Of a stretch of DNA of 64,000 nt, positions 42,490 through 49,952 are shown one piece after another. The notes beneath the pieces are model-generated. The model made no database searches and was not told where the DNA came from. It saw only the letters and a program-made list of their open reading frames with translations. The translations under genes and the position numbers were made by a program. The first letter of the stretch is position 1. Each line of letters starts with the position of its first letter. The stretch comes from Bacteroidales bacterium (lineage in GTDB: Bacteria > Bacteroidota > Bacteroidia > Bacteroidales > UBA932): the NCBI GenBank assembly GCA_017429425.1, contig JAFROY010000002.1:495317-559316 (forward strand), read 5' to 3'.

Positions 42490-42695
42490 TTGGTAAGGCC
42501 CTCCATCGTCTGGTTGATTGCATTCTGAAAGATTTCTGTCTTCAAGAGTGCCATCCCCTTCTCGTCGCCCAGCAGAATCAGTGCGTCGCCCGGGTTGATC
42601 TTGTAAACGTTTCTGGCGTCCTTGGGGATGACGATCTGGCCTTTGTCACCTACCTTCACTACGCCGAAGATGTATTTTCCGTCTTTTTCCTGCAT
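42486..42695 (-). CDS. AbrB/MazE/SpoVT-family DNA-binding protein
   Basis: GVVKVGDKGQIVIPKDARNVYKINPGDALILL is a swapped-hairpin barrel motif. ATG 42695 is preceded by a -7 box. Its stop overlaps the downstream start (TCAT on the plus strand). Confidence 0.7.
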   Translation of the reverse strand: MQEKDGKYIFGVVKVGDKGQIVIPKDARNVYKINPGDALILLGDEKGMALLKTEIFQNAINQTMEGLTK

Positions 42696-42720
42696 AGTAT
42701 AAATAGTTAGAATTTTCCCA

Positions 42721-42728
42721 CAAATATA
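42721..42728 (-). promoter_or_regulatory. -7 box TATATTTG (minus strand) for the abrB-like/acyltransferase pair
   Basis: TAnnTTTG 25 nt upstream of ATG 42695 and just downstream of the OFOR operon terminator. Confidence 0.5.
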
Positions 42729-42750
42729 ACAATTCCCACTAAAAGGCAAG

Positions 42751-42791
42751 AAAAAAGAACAAAAAAAGAGTCCGGATTGCGTCCGGACTCT
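42751..42791 (-). terminator. Intrinsic terminator after the OFOR gamma gene
   Basis: 10-bp stem AGAGTCCGGA / TCCGGACTCT (42767-42776 / 42782-42791) with a 5-nt loop. On the minus strand it is followed by TTTTTTTGTTCTTTTTT. It sits 22 nt after the stop at 42813. Confidence 0.65.
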
Positions 42792-42812
42792 CTCTGAAAG
42801 GGAAGCGATACC

Positions 42813-43355
42813 CTACTGCTCGCGGATGATGTCCATACCCAGACGGATAGCCTCTTCATTCACCGGAATCAGGTGATGATGGCGCTCCGGAAGGGTTTTG
42901 CGGAGAGCTTTGAGCACGCTTTCGATGGAAACGATGGGGTGAACCTTCAGCAGACCGCCCAGCACGATCATGTTGAAAACCTTGATCATGTTCTTCTCGG
43001 CAGCCGTATCCATCGCGTCGATGCGATAGACGTGAATATCCTTACGAGTCGGCGGGTTGTTGATGCCGTTGCCGTCGTAGATAAGGGTTCCGCCGGGTTT
43101 GACCTTCGGTTCGAACTTATCCAGCGAAGGCTGGTTGAGCACGATAACCGAGTCGTAGGAGCTGAGGATCGGCGAAGAAACCGGTTCGTCGCTGACGATG
43201 ACCGTCACGTTGGCGGTACCGCCGCGCTGTTCCGGACCGTAAGCCGGCATCCAGGTCACTTCCTTGTCTTCCATCAGGCCGGAATAGGCAAGAATCTTGC
43301 CCATCGAGAGGACGCCCTGTCCTCCGAAACCGGAAATAATGATTTCGTGTGTCAT
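42813..43355 (-). CDS. 2-oxoacid:ferredoxin oxidoreductase gamma subunit
   Basis: IIISGFGGQGVLSMGKIL start, 180 aa. It is the last gene of a 4-subunit OFOR set. Confidence 0.85.
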   Translation of the reverse strand: MTHEIIISGFGGQGVLSMGKILAYSGLMEDKEVTWMPAYGPEQRGGTANVTVIVSDEPVSSPILSSYDSVIVLNQPSLDKFEPKVKPGGTLIYDGNGINNPPTRKDIHVYRIDAMDTAAEKNMIKVFNMIVLGGLLKVHPIVSIESVLKALRKTLPERHHHLIPVNEEAIRLGMDIIREQ

Positions 43356-43364
43356 AATTCTTGC

Positions 43365-44135
43365 TTATTGTTGTCCGTTGTCCTTGAGGTCCCCGAGCTG
43401 GTAGTACGGGAACATGTTCTCTTCCATCCACTTGTTGGCCTTTTCAGGGGTCATCTTCCAGTTGGTGTTGCACGTAGAGACGATTTCCACCAGGTTGGAA
43501 CCTTTGCCCTGCATCGAATACTCGAATGCCTTGCGGATGGCCTTTTTAGCCTTGAGGATTGCACCCACGCTCTGTACGCTCTGACGCGTAACGTAGCAGG
43601 TACCTTCGAGCGTTGCGGCGATCTCAGTCATCTTCAAAGGATAACCGTGAAGTTTCGGGTCGCGGCCGTACGGGCACGTGACGGTCTTCATGCCGATCAG
43701 GGTGGTCGGAGCCATCTGACCGCCGGTCATACCGTAAATCGCGTTGTTTACGAAGATGATGGTAATGTTCTCACCGCGGTTGAGTGCGTGGATGGTTTCA
43801 GCGGTACCGATGCAGGCCATATCGCCGTCACCCTGGTAGGTGAAGACGAGACGGTCGGGCCAGAGGCGCTTGATAGCGGTAGCCACAGCCGGAGCACGGC
43901 CGTGAGCAGCTTCTTCCCAGTCGATATCGATATAGTTGTATGCGAAGACGGCGCAACCCACCGGGGAGACGCCTACGGTCTTCTCCTGCATGCCCATCTC
44001 GGCAATCACTTCGGACACCAGTTTGTGGACGACGCCGTGGCTGCAGCCCGGGCAGTAGTGCATCGGGGTGTCGTTCAGAAGTTCCGGTTTTTTGTAAACC
44101 AGGTTTTCGGGCTGTATGATTTGTTCTTTCGTCAT
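43365..44135 (-). CDS. 2-oxoacid:ferredoxin oxidoreductase beta subunit (TPP-binding)
   Basis: CPGCSHG and the TPP motif TYQGDGDMACIG...NNAIYGMTGGQ. Confidence 0.9.
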   Translation of the reverse strand: MTKEQIIQPENLVYKKPELLNDTPMHYCPGCSHGVVHKLVSEVIAEMGMQEKTVGVSPVGCAVFAYNYIDIDWEEAAHGRAPAVATAIKRLWPDRLVFTYQGDGDMACIGTAETIHALNRGENITIIFVNNAIYGMTGGQMAPTTLIGMKTVTCPYGRDPKLHGYPLKMTEIAATLEGTCYVTRQSVQSVGAILKAKKAIRKAFEYSMQGKGSNLVEIVSTCNTNWKMTPEKANKWMEENMFPYYQLGDLKDNGQQ

Positions 44136-44148
44136 AAGGCAATGCAGA

Positions 44149-45231
44149 TTAACGGGTCATTTTCTTGAGTTCTTCTACAACCTCTTCAGGTTCGGGGATG
44201 ATACCGCCCAGACGGCCGTACCACTTGACGGGAACCTTGCATTCGACGGCGAGGCGGATGTCTTCCACCATCTGGCCGGCGTTGATTTCGAGCGAGAGGA
44301 TACCCTTCATCCGGCTGCCCAGTTCAGCGATACGCTTGGTCGGGAACGGCCAGAGGGTGATAGGACGGAGCAGACCGACCTTGATGCCCTGTTCGCGCGC
44401 GATGGCAATCACCTTCTTGGAGATGCGGGCTGCGCTGCCGAAAGCGACAATCAGGTACTCTGCATCTTCGGTCATATACTCTTCGTAACGGACCTCCGTC
44501 TTCTCAATCTCGCGGTACTTCGCCTGGATACGGAGGTTGATGACCTCCATAGCCTCGGAGCGGAGCTCGAGCGAGGTGATGATATTGGGCTTGCGGCCCT
44601 TCTTGCGGCCGTTGGCTGCCCAGGGGCACTGCTTGATGACTTCTTCTTCGGTACGGCGGGGCTTGAACGGAGGAAGGACGACCTTTTCCATCATCTGGCC
44701 GATTGCACCGTCGGAGAGAATCATAGCCGGGTTGCGATACTTGAATGCGAGTTCAAAGGCGAGATCTACGAAATCTGCCATCTCCTGCACGGAAGCCGGA
44801 GCGAGCGTGATGAGACGATAGTCACCGTGACCGCCGCCCTTGACCGTCTGGAAATAGTCGGCCTGGCTCGGCTGGATGGTACCCAGACCGGGGCCGCCGC
44901 GCGACACGTTCACGACGAGGGCCGGAAGCTCGGCACCTGCCAGATAGGAGATACCCTCCTGCATCAGGCTGACGCCCGGGCTGGAGGAGGAGGTCATGAC
45001 GCGCTTGCCGGTAGCGGCACCGCCATAGACCATGTTGATGGAAGAGACTTCGCTCTCTGCCTGGACTACGACCATGCCGGTCGTTTCCCAGGGTTTCTCA
45101 GCTGCGAGGGTTTCGAGGACCTCGGACTGCGGGGTGATAGGATAGCCGAAGTATCCGTCGCAACCGCAACGGATGGCGGCGTGGGCAATGGCCTCATTGC
45201 CTTTCATCAGGGTAATTTCTTTCTCTGCCAT
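44149..45231 (-). CDS. 2-oxoacid:ferredoxin oxidoreductase alpha subunit
   Basis: MKGNEAIAHAAIRCGCDGYFGYPITPQSEV start. Length is 360 aa. Confidence 0.9.
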   Translation of the reverse strand: MAEKEITLMKGNEAIAHAAIRCGCDGYFGYPITPQSEVLETLAAEKPWETTGMVVVQAESEVSSINMVYGGAATGKRVMTSSSSPGVSLMQEGISYLAGAELPALVVNVSRGGPGLGTIQPSQADYFQTVKGGGHGDYRLITLAPASVQEMADFVDLAFELAFKYRNPAMILSDGAIGQMMEKVVLPPFKPRRTEEEVIKQCPWAANGRKKGRKPNIITSLELRSEAMEVINLRIQAKYREIEKTEVRYEEYMTEDAEYLIVAFGSAARISKKVIAIAREQGIKVGLLRPITLWPFPTKRIAELGSRMKGILSLEINAGQMVEDIRLAVECKVPVKWYGRLGGIIPEPEEVVEELKKMTR

Positions 45232-45234
45232 AGA

Positions 45235-45465
45235 TCAGTCCTCCTTTTTGCGGTAAACGGTGATACATCCGTCGGGGCAGACGATGGCGCACGATGCACA
45301 GCCCGTGCAGGTGTCTTCCAGGACGGCTTCAGCGTAGTTGTAGCCCTTCTGGTTCACGCTCTTCTCCGTGAGGTTCAGGACGTGAAGCGGGCAGGCGACC
45401 ACGCAGAGACGGCATCCTTTGCAACGTTCGATGTCAACGACAGTTGCGCCTTTCATTTTAGCCAT
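45235..45465 (-). CDS. 2x[4Fe-4S] ferredoxin (OFOR delta subunit)
   Basis: 76 aa with CKGCRLCVVACP and CTGCASCAIVCP. Confidence 0.85.
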   Translation of the reverse strand: MAKMKGATVVDIERCKGCRLCVVACPLHVLNLTEKSVNQKGYNYAEAVLEDTCTGCASCAIVCPDGCITVYRKKED

Positions 45466-45489
45466 ATCGGTGGTTGTGTTATTAGTTGG

Positions 45490-45759
45490 TTATTGGTTGT
45501 ACATATCCTTGTTGTAGAAAGCCAGGATCTCGTTGGCGATCTCCAGGGCCTGTTTGGCGGGGCTTTCCGGGTTCAGGGCGATGGCCTCAAGGTAATTGTT
45601 GATGGCCATCTGCCACGATCCCTTCTTGCGCCAGGCGTTGCCCTGCAGATAGAAGAGGGTATCGGTCATGACGCCTCCTCCCTGCCGGAACTCCTCCAGA
45701 AGCGCGATGGCTTCGTCGGCCCGGCTCGCATCGAGCAAATCCTTGACTTTCTGTTCCAT
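45490..45759 (-). CDS. Small tetratricopeptide-repeat protein
   Basis: 89 aa. FYLQGNAWRKKGSWQMAINNYLEAIALNP is a TPR unit. It sits between ilvE and the OFOR genes. Confidence 0.6.
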   Translation of the reverse strand: MEQKVKDLLDASRADEAIALLEEFRQGGGVMTDTLFYLQGNAWRKKGSWQMAINNYLEAIALNPESPAKQALEIANEILAFYNKDMYNQ

Positions 45760-45762
45760 CGG

Positions 45763-46809
45763 TTACTTGCGGTCTACGAAGAGGCACCAGTTGTAGGTAT
45801 CTTCTTCCAGGCCCTTCTGGATACCGACGATCCGGTTGTAGAGCTTCTCGCTGTACGGACCGCAGTGGTCGGGAGAACCGATCTTGTAGGTCTTGAGGAC
45901 CTTGTCGCCCTCGAGCGTCTCTTTGTCGTCGATGCTGCAGATCGGGGTGATGACCACAGCCGTACCGCAGGAGTTGACCTCCTCGAAGGTTGCGAGTTCT
46001 TCAACCATGATCTTGCGGCGGACCACCTTCAGTCCGAACTCCTCTGCAACGGTGCGGAGGCTCTTGTTGGTGATGGAGGGCAACACGCTGTCGGAATCCG
46101 GCGTGATGTACATGCCGTCCTTGATGGCGAAGAAGTTGGAGGAACCGAACTCTTCGATGTGCGTATGGGTAGCAGTATCGAGGAAGAGCAGTTCGCGATA
46201 ACCGAGACCGTGAGCCAGATTGTAAGCGTGAAGCGACTGTGCGTAGTTTGCGCCGAGTTTGTAACCGCCGGAGCCGTGGGTGGCTGCGCGGTCATAGTTG
46301 CGCGAGATGACTGCCGTGCCGGGCACGAGGCTCTTGGCGCCGGAGTAGGTACCCACGCCGGAGCACATCACTGCGAAGAGAACATCCTTTGCGGAGTTGA
46401 TACCGAGCTGCGGGTTGATACCGATCAGAATCGGACGCAGGTAGAGCGAGGCACCGCTTGCATAGGGCGGAATGTGCTCCCAGTTCTCCTGGACGCAACG
46501 GATGCAAGCCTCGATGAACATCTCCACGGAGGGAGCTGCCATATCAAGGTATTTTGCGCTGCTGATCATACGCTTTGCATTCTCGTCCGGGCGGAAGAGG
46601 CGGACCTTGCCGTCAGCGCCTTCGTAAGCCTTCAGGCCCTCGAAGCAGGACGGAGCGTAGTGGAAAATACCTGCGAAGCAGTTCAGCTCCAGGTTGAAGT
46701 TGTCCGTAGCGGTAATCGGCGACCATTTACCGTCGATGTACTTGCTGTAAACGATAGCGTTCGTCGGATAGTAAGCGAACTTACGTTTCGAATAATCGAT
46801 TTCTGCCAT
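45763..46809 (-). CDS. ilvE: Branched-chain amino-acid aminotransferase (class IV)
   Basis: CFEGLKAYEGADGKVRLFRPDENAKRM and SGGYKLGANY blocks. Length is 348 aa. Confidence 0.9.
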   Translation of the reverse strand: MAEIDYSKRKFAYYPTNAIVYSKYIDGKWSPITATDNFNLELNCFAGIFHYAPSCFEGLKAYEGADGKVRLFRPDENAKRMISSAKYLDMAAPSVEMFIEACIRCVQENWEHIPPYASGASLYLRPILIGINPQLGINSAKDVLFAVMCSGVGTYSGAKSLVPGTAVISRNYDRAATHGSGGYKLGANYAQSLHAYNLAHGLGYRELLFLDTATHTHIEEFGSSNFFAIKDGMYITPDSDSVLPSITNKSLRTVAEEFGLKVVRRKIMVEELATFEEVNSCGTAVVITPICSIDDKETLEGDKVLKTYKIGSPDHCGPYSEKLYNRIVGIQKGLEEDTYNWCLFVDRK

Positions 46810-46853
46810 GTCTGAAAATGAGTTATTTGATTTAAAAAGTATCTGAAAAAAGA

Positions 46854-48020
46854 TTAGTCTTCAATCACGTTGTCCTTGTTGTAGGTGTGAACCTTGGCTG
46901 CGCCGGCGAGAATCAGGTAGCCGTTCTCGGCCAATGCCTCAAGTTCGTCTTCTCCCGGATAGATCTTGACCGGAGCGACCCAGCCGACCCGTTCTGCGAT
47001 GCCGCCGGTCACCGTCTTGCTGTGCGCGATACCGCCGGTGATCAGGATGGCGTCAACCTTTCCGTTGACCACGGTTGCCAGTGCTGCGATATATTTACTG
47101 ATATTCAGCACGAAAGCTTTCATGAAGAGGACGTATTCCTCTTTGCCTTCCGCTGCGCGCTGCTCCACGATGCGCATGTCGTTGGTACCGAACCAGGCCA
47201 CCGCGCCGCCGCGGCCGACCAGTTTCTTCTTGATCTCCTCTTTGGTGTATTTACCGCTGAAGCACATGTCTACCAGCGGGAAAGGAGGGCAACCGCCGGC
47301 ACGTTCCGGGGTGATGGGGCCGTCGCCGCCCAGCGCATTGGTCGTGTCGATGATACGGCCTTTGCTGTGAAGCGAAACGGAGACGCCGCCGCCCATGTGG
47401 CATACGATGGCCGTGGTCTCTTCCGCCTTCTTGCCGGTTTCACGCAGGTAACGTCGCACGATTGCGCGGGAGTTGAGCGTATGGAGGACCGAAGTGCGCT
47501 GGAATTCGGGAACGCCGGTAATACGGCATTCGGCAATCATCTCATCTGCCATCGGCGCGTCGGCGATAAAGGCTTCGCAAGGGCGGAAGCGGGGTGCAAT
47601 CCCCTTCTTGTCGCGCAGTGCGTTGACGCGGGCTGCAATCTCCTCTCCGATCAGGGCGCTCAGGTTGCAGGCGTGCTTGCCGTCGCGGCAGGAGACGAGT
47701 ACCTCCCTCATTTCTTCGTTCACGCTGTAGACGCCGGCTACACAGGGGACGAAAAGGCCGCCGCGGGCCATGATCAGGTCGATGGAGTCCAGTTCGATGC
47801 CGGCCTCGTCAAGCGCCGAGAGGATAGCCTCTGCACGCATCTTGTCTTGCTGCATCACGTCGGAGAAGGCGGCGAGGTCTTCTGCGGCATGGTCCAGCTT
47901 CTTCACGAAAGCCGATTCGCCGTCTTTGAAAAGTGCGAATTTGGTGGTGGTGGAACCTGTATTGATGACAAGGATGTTGCCTACAGGTGCCTTTCCGTTG
48001 ATATTGTCAATTGCGCTCAT
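46854..48020 (-). CDS. buk: Butyrate (short/branched-chain acyl) kinase
   Basis: ILVINTGSTTTKFALF N-terminal ASKHA block and HMGGGVSVSLH. Length is 388 aa. Confidence 0.85.
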   Translation of the reverse strand: MSAIDNINGKAPVGNILVINTGSTTTKFALFKDGESAFVKKLDHAAEDLAAFSDVMQQDKMRAEAILSALDEAGIELDSIDLIMARGGLFVPCVAGVYSVNEEMREVLVSCRDGKHACNLSALIGEEIAARVNALRDKKGIAPRFRPCEAFIADAPMADEMIAECRITGVPEFQRTSVLHTLNSRAIVRRYLRETGKKAEETTAIVCHMGGGVSVSLHSKGRIIDTTNALGGDGPITPERAGGCPPFPLVDMCFSGKYTKEEIKKKLVGRGGAVAWFGTNDMRIVEQRAAEGKEEYVLFMKAFVLNISKYIAALATVVNGKVDAILITGGIAHSKTVTGGIAERVGWVAPVKIYPGEDELEALAENGYLILAGAAKVHTYNKDNVIED

Positions 48021-48143
48021 ATTGTGCTTTAAATTAATTCACAATATTAGCGATTATTCTTGAATTGACAATCGACAAATCGTTATTTCTTCAATAATTT
48101 TTTAACGAAAACGGCCAAAAACGTGAAAAACTGCAAGATAAAA

Positions 48144-48977
48144 CTACAGCCGTGCGGAAAGGTCCCTGTAGACGGCACGCGAAACGGGGATCGAAATCCC
48201 GTCCGTGTCCAGCTCCACGGTGATCAGATCCTCCGGATCTTTTCTCAAGGCAACGATATGGGAAAGGTTGACGAACCACGAACGCTGGCAGCGGAAAAGG
48301 TTGTGCGGTTCCACCAGCGGAGCAATGGAATTCATCGTGGCGCGCAGCAGGTAATCCTTAACCTTTCCATTGTCCAGATAGTGGATCTTGACATAGTTGT
48401 CTTCTGCACGGATAAAGAGAATTGACTTGGCAGCCAGGACGATCCGTACCTGATTGTTGGAATCGGTGAAACGGATGTGGTCTTTGGCCACCTCCGCATC
48501 GTCCTCCTGATCCTTGGCGCCGATCAACACGCAGATGACGGTAATGCCGAAATAGGGATAGACGAGAATCAGGAAACTGTATTGGAGGCAGATGGCAACC
48601 TGTTGAAAATAAGGCGTGACACCACCGCCCATCAGGCAGAGGTAGAGCGCCATGAAATAGGTCACCACTGAGATTTCGCCCAAACACCAGAAACTGTAAC
48701 CCAGCCAATTTCTTTGAAGATGGCGGAAGAGCCCCCAGAAAAGCAGCCGGGTCAACAGAAGTGTTACCAGGATGATACACATGAGCATCGTGGTGTTGAA
48801 ATAGAAGAGCCCGCGGCCCATGTCAAGCGCTTCACTCATCTCGAATGGCCGGTAAACAGCCACGACAAAGAAAAAAAAGTAAGCCGACAAGAGAATATAC
48901 CACAACTGCGTACCGAACGACCCGAAGATCGAGGGCAGCGTTTTCAGGTTTGTGGCGGATTGCGTCTTTGCACTCAT
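48144..48977 (-). CDS. Membrane-anchored LytTR-domain DNA-binding protein
   Basis: Four or five TM segments, then IRFTDSNNQVRIVLAAKSILFIRAEDNYVKIHYLD...CQRSWFVNLSHI (LytTR). The track start 49007 is TTG. ATG 48977 lies 27 nt downstream of a minus-strand TATATTTG box, so I prefer it. Confidence 0.8.
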   Translation of the reverse strand: MSAKTQSATNLKTLPSIFGSFGTQLWYILLSAYFFFFVVAVYRPFEMSEALDMGRGLFYFNTTMLMCIILVTLLLTRLLFWGLFRHLQRNWLGYSFWCLGEISVVTYFMALYLCLMGGGVTPYFQQVAICLQYSFLILVYPYFGITVICVLIGAKDQEDDAEVAKDHIRFTDSNNQVRIVLAAKSILFIRAEDNYVKIHYLDNGKVKDYLLRATMNSIAPLVEPHNLFRCQRSWFVNLSHIVALRKDPEDLITVELDTDGISIPVSRAVYRDLSARL

Positions 48978-48981
48978 TTCG

Positions 48982-49051
48982 TCCCAAATTTTAATATTTT
49001 GCCACAAATATACGGTTTTTACGGAATTCTCACCCCAAATATCCCAAATTT
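48982..49051. repeat. Four phased 10-nt direct repeats (two pairs) in the LytTR / C-domain-operon control region
   Basis: R1 is TCCCAAATTT at 48982-48991 and R4 is the identical TCCCAAATTT at 49042-49051. R2 is CCACAAATAT at 49002-49011 and R3 is CCCCAAATAT at 49033-49042. Start-to-start spacings are 20, 31 and 9 nt. Confidence 0.7.
49005..49012 (-). promoter_or_regulatory. -7 box TATATTTG (minus strand) for the LytTR gene
   Basis: TAnnTTTG 27 nt upstream of ATG 48977. It overlaps repeat R2 of the CCCAAAT-type array. Confidence 0.45.
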
Positions 49052-49073
49052 CGCCACCGACCTATTAATAAAA

Positions 49074-49081
49074 TACCTTTG
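49074..49081 (+). promoter_or_regulatory. -7 box TACCTTTG for the helical-repeat / C-domain / ligase / carrier operon
   Basis: TAnnTTTG 19 nt upstream of ATG 49101. Confidence 0.5.
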
Positions 49082-49100
49082 CATCACATTTTTAACAATA

Positions 49101-49952
49101 ATGATAAAATACCTTTTCATCATTCTGGCCATCAATTTCGCCGAACTCGACCGGGCCTTCCAGAAGACCGGTGACATGGCGGCGATCCGCACCCAGTTGG
49201 AGCAGACGCTTCCCGCTGCGGAAAACGATGCCGAGAAGGCGGAAGTCTATTGGCGCATTTCCCGCGCCTGCCTGCTGCAGGGCCAGGAGGCCGCTACGAG
49301 AAAGGAAAAGCGCGAATTCTTTGCGGAAGGGATTCAATATGCAGAAGAGGCCATCAAAGCCGACCCGAACAATCCGCAGGGCTACCTCTGGCGCTGTGCC
49401 AACACCGGACGCGATGCGGAAACCCGCAAACTGATGGAACAGGCTGCGCTTGCTCCAAAGATGAGCGACGACCTGGCAACCGTCCTGGACAAGCTGGGAC
49501 GTACGGACTGCTCCGAAGCCTGGCACACGCTTGCCGAAATCTGGATTCATCACCCGTTCAAGTCGAAAGATGCAGCCATCAATTTCGGCCGGAAGGCAGC
49601 GCTGACGATTCCTGAAAACGATTTGAGGCTCGTCACTCTCTCCTTCCTCGCGCAGAGCCTCTACAAGCGGAACTGGAGCGCAGCGCAACGCCGCAACGCC
49701 GCTGCTACAAACGCCAAGAAGTTCTTGAACGCCAAGAAGAATATTGATAAATTCGCCGCTTTCGACGGGGCGCCACAGGATCTCCTTCGCGCTCCCTGGA
49801 ATGCAGAAGGGCTGGGCGCCCTCTCCGATCGCGAAGAGGCGCTTGCCATCCTAGAGTATGCCATCGGGCGCTACCGCGCCTGCACCAGTCCTACCAAATT
49901 GGATCAGGACGATTATAAACAACTATTAAGTCTCAAAGATCAATGGAAATGA
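49101..49952 (+). CDS. Helical-repeat (TPR-like) protein with hydrophobic N-terminus, unknown function
   Basis: ATG 49101 (MIKYLFIILAINFA) lies 19 nt after a TACCTTTG box. The remainder is alpha-helical repeat-like (AEKAEVYWRISRACLL...NPQGYLWRCANTG). The upstream part of track ORF 48714-49952 runs antisense to the LytTR gene and is rejected. Confidence 0.5.
   Translation: MIKYLFIILAINFAELDRAFQKTGDMAAIRTQLEQTLPAAENDAEKAEVYWRISRACLLQGQEAATRKEKREFFAEGIQYAEEAIKADPNNPQGYLWRCANTGRDAETRKLMEQAALAPKMSDDLATVLDKLGRTDCSEAWHTLAEIWIHHPFKSKDAAINFGRKAALTIPENDLRLVTLSFLAQSLYKRNWSAAQRRNAAATNAKKFLNAKKNIDKFAAFDGAPQDLLRAPWNAEGLGALSDREEALAILEYAIGRYRACTSPTKLDQDDYKQLLSLKDQWK

Noticed and set aside
44116-46815. 899-aa plus-strand ORF opposite the OFOR alpha, ferredoxin, TPR and ilvE genes
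   Set aside because: It spans four well-supported minus-strand genes and their intergenic gaps, has no motifs, and is an antisense artefact.
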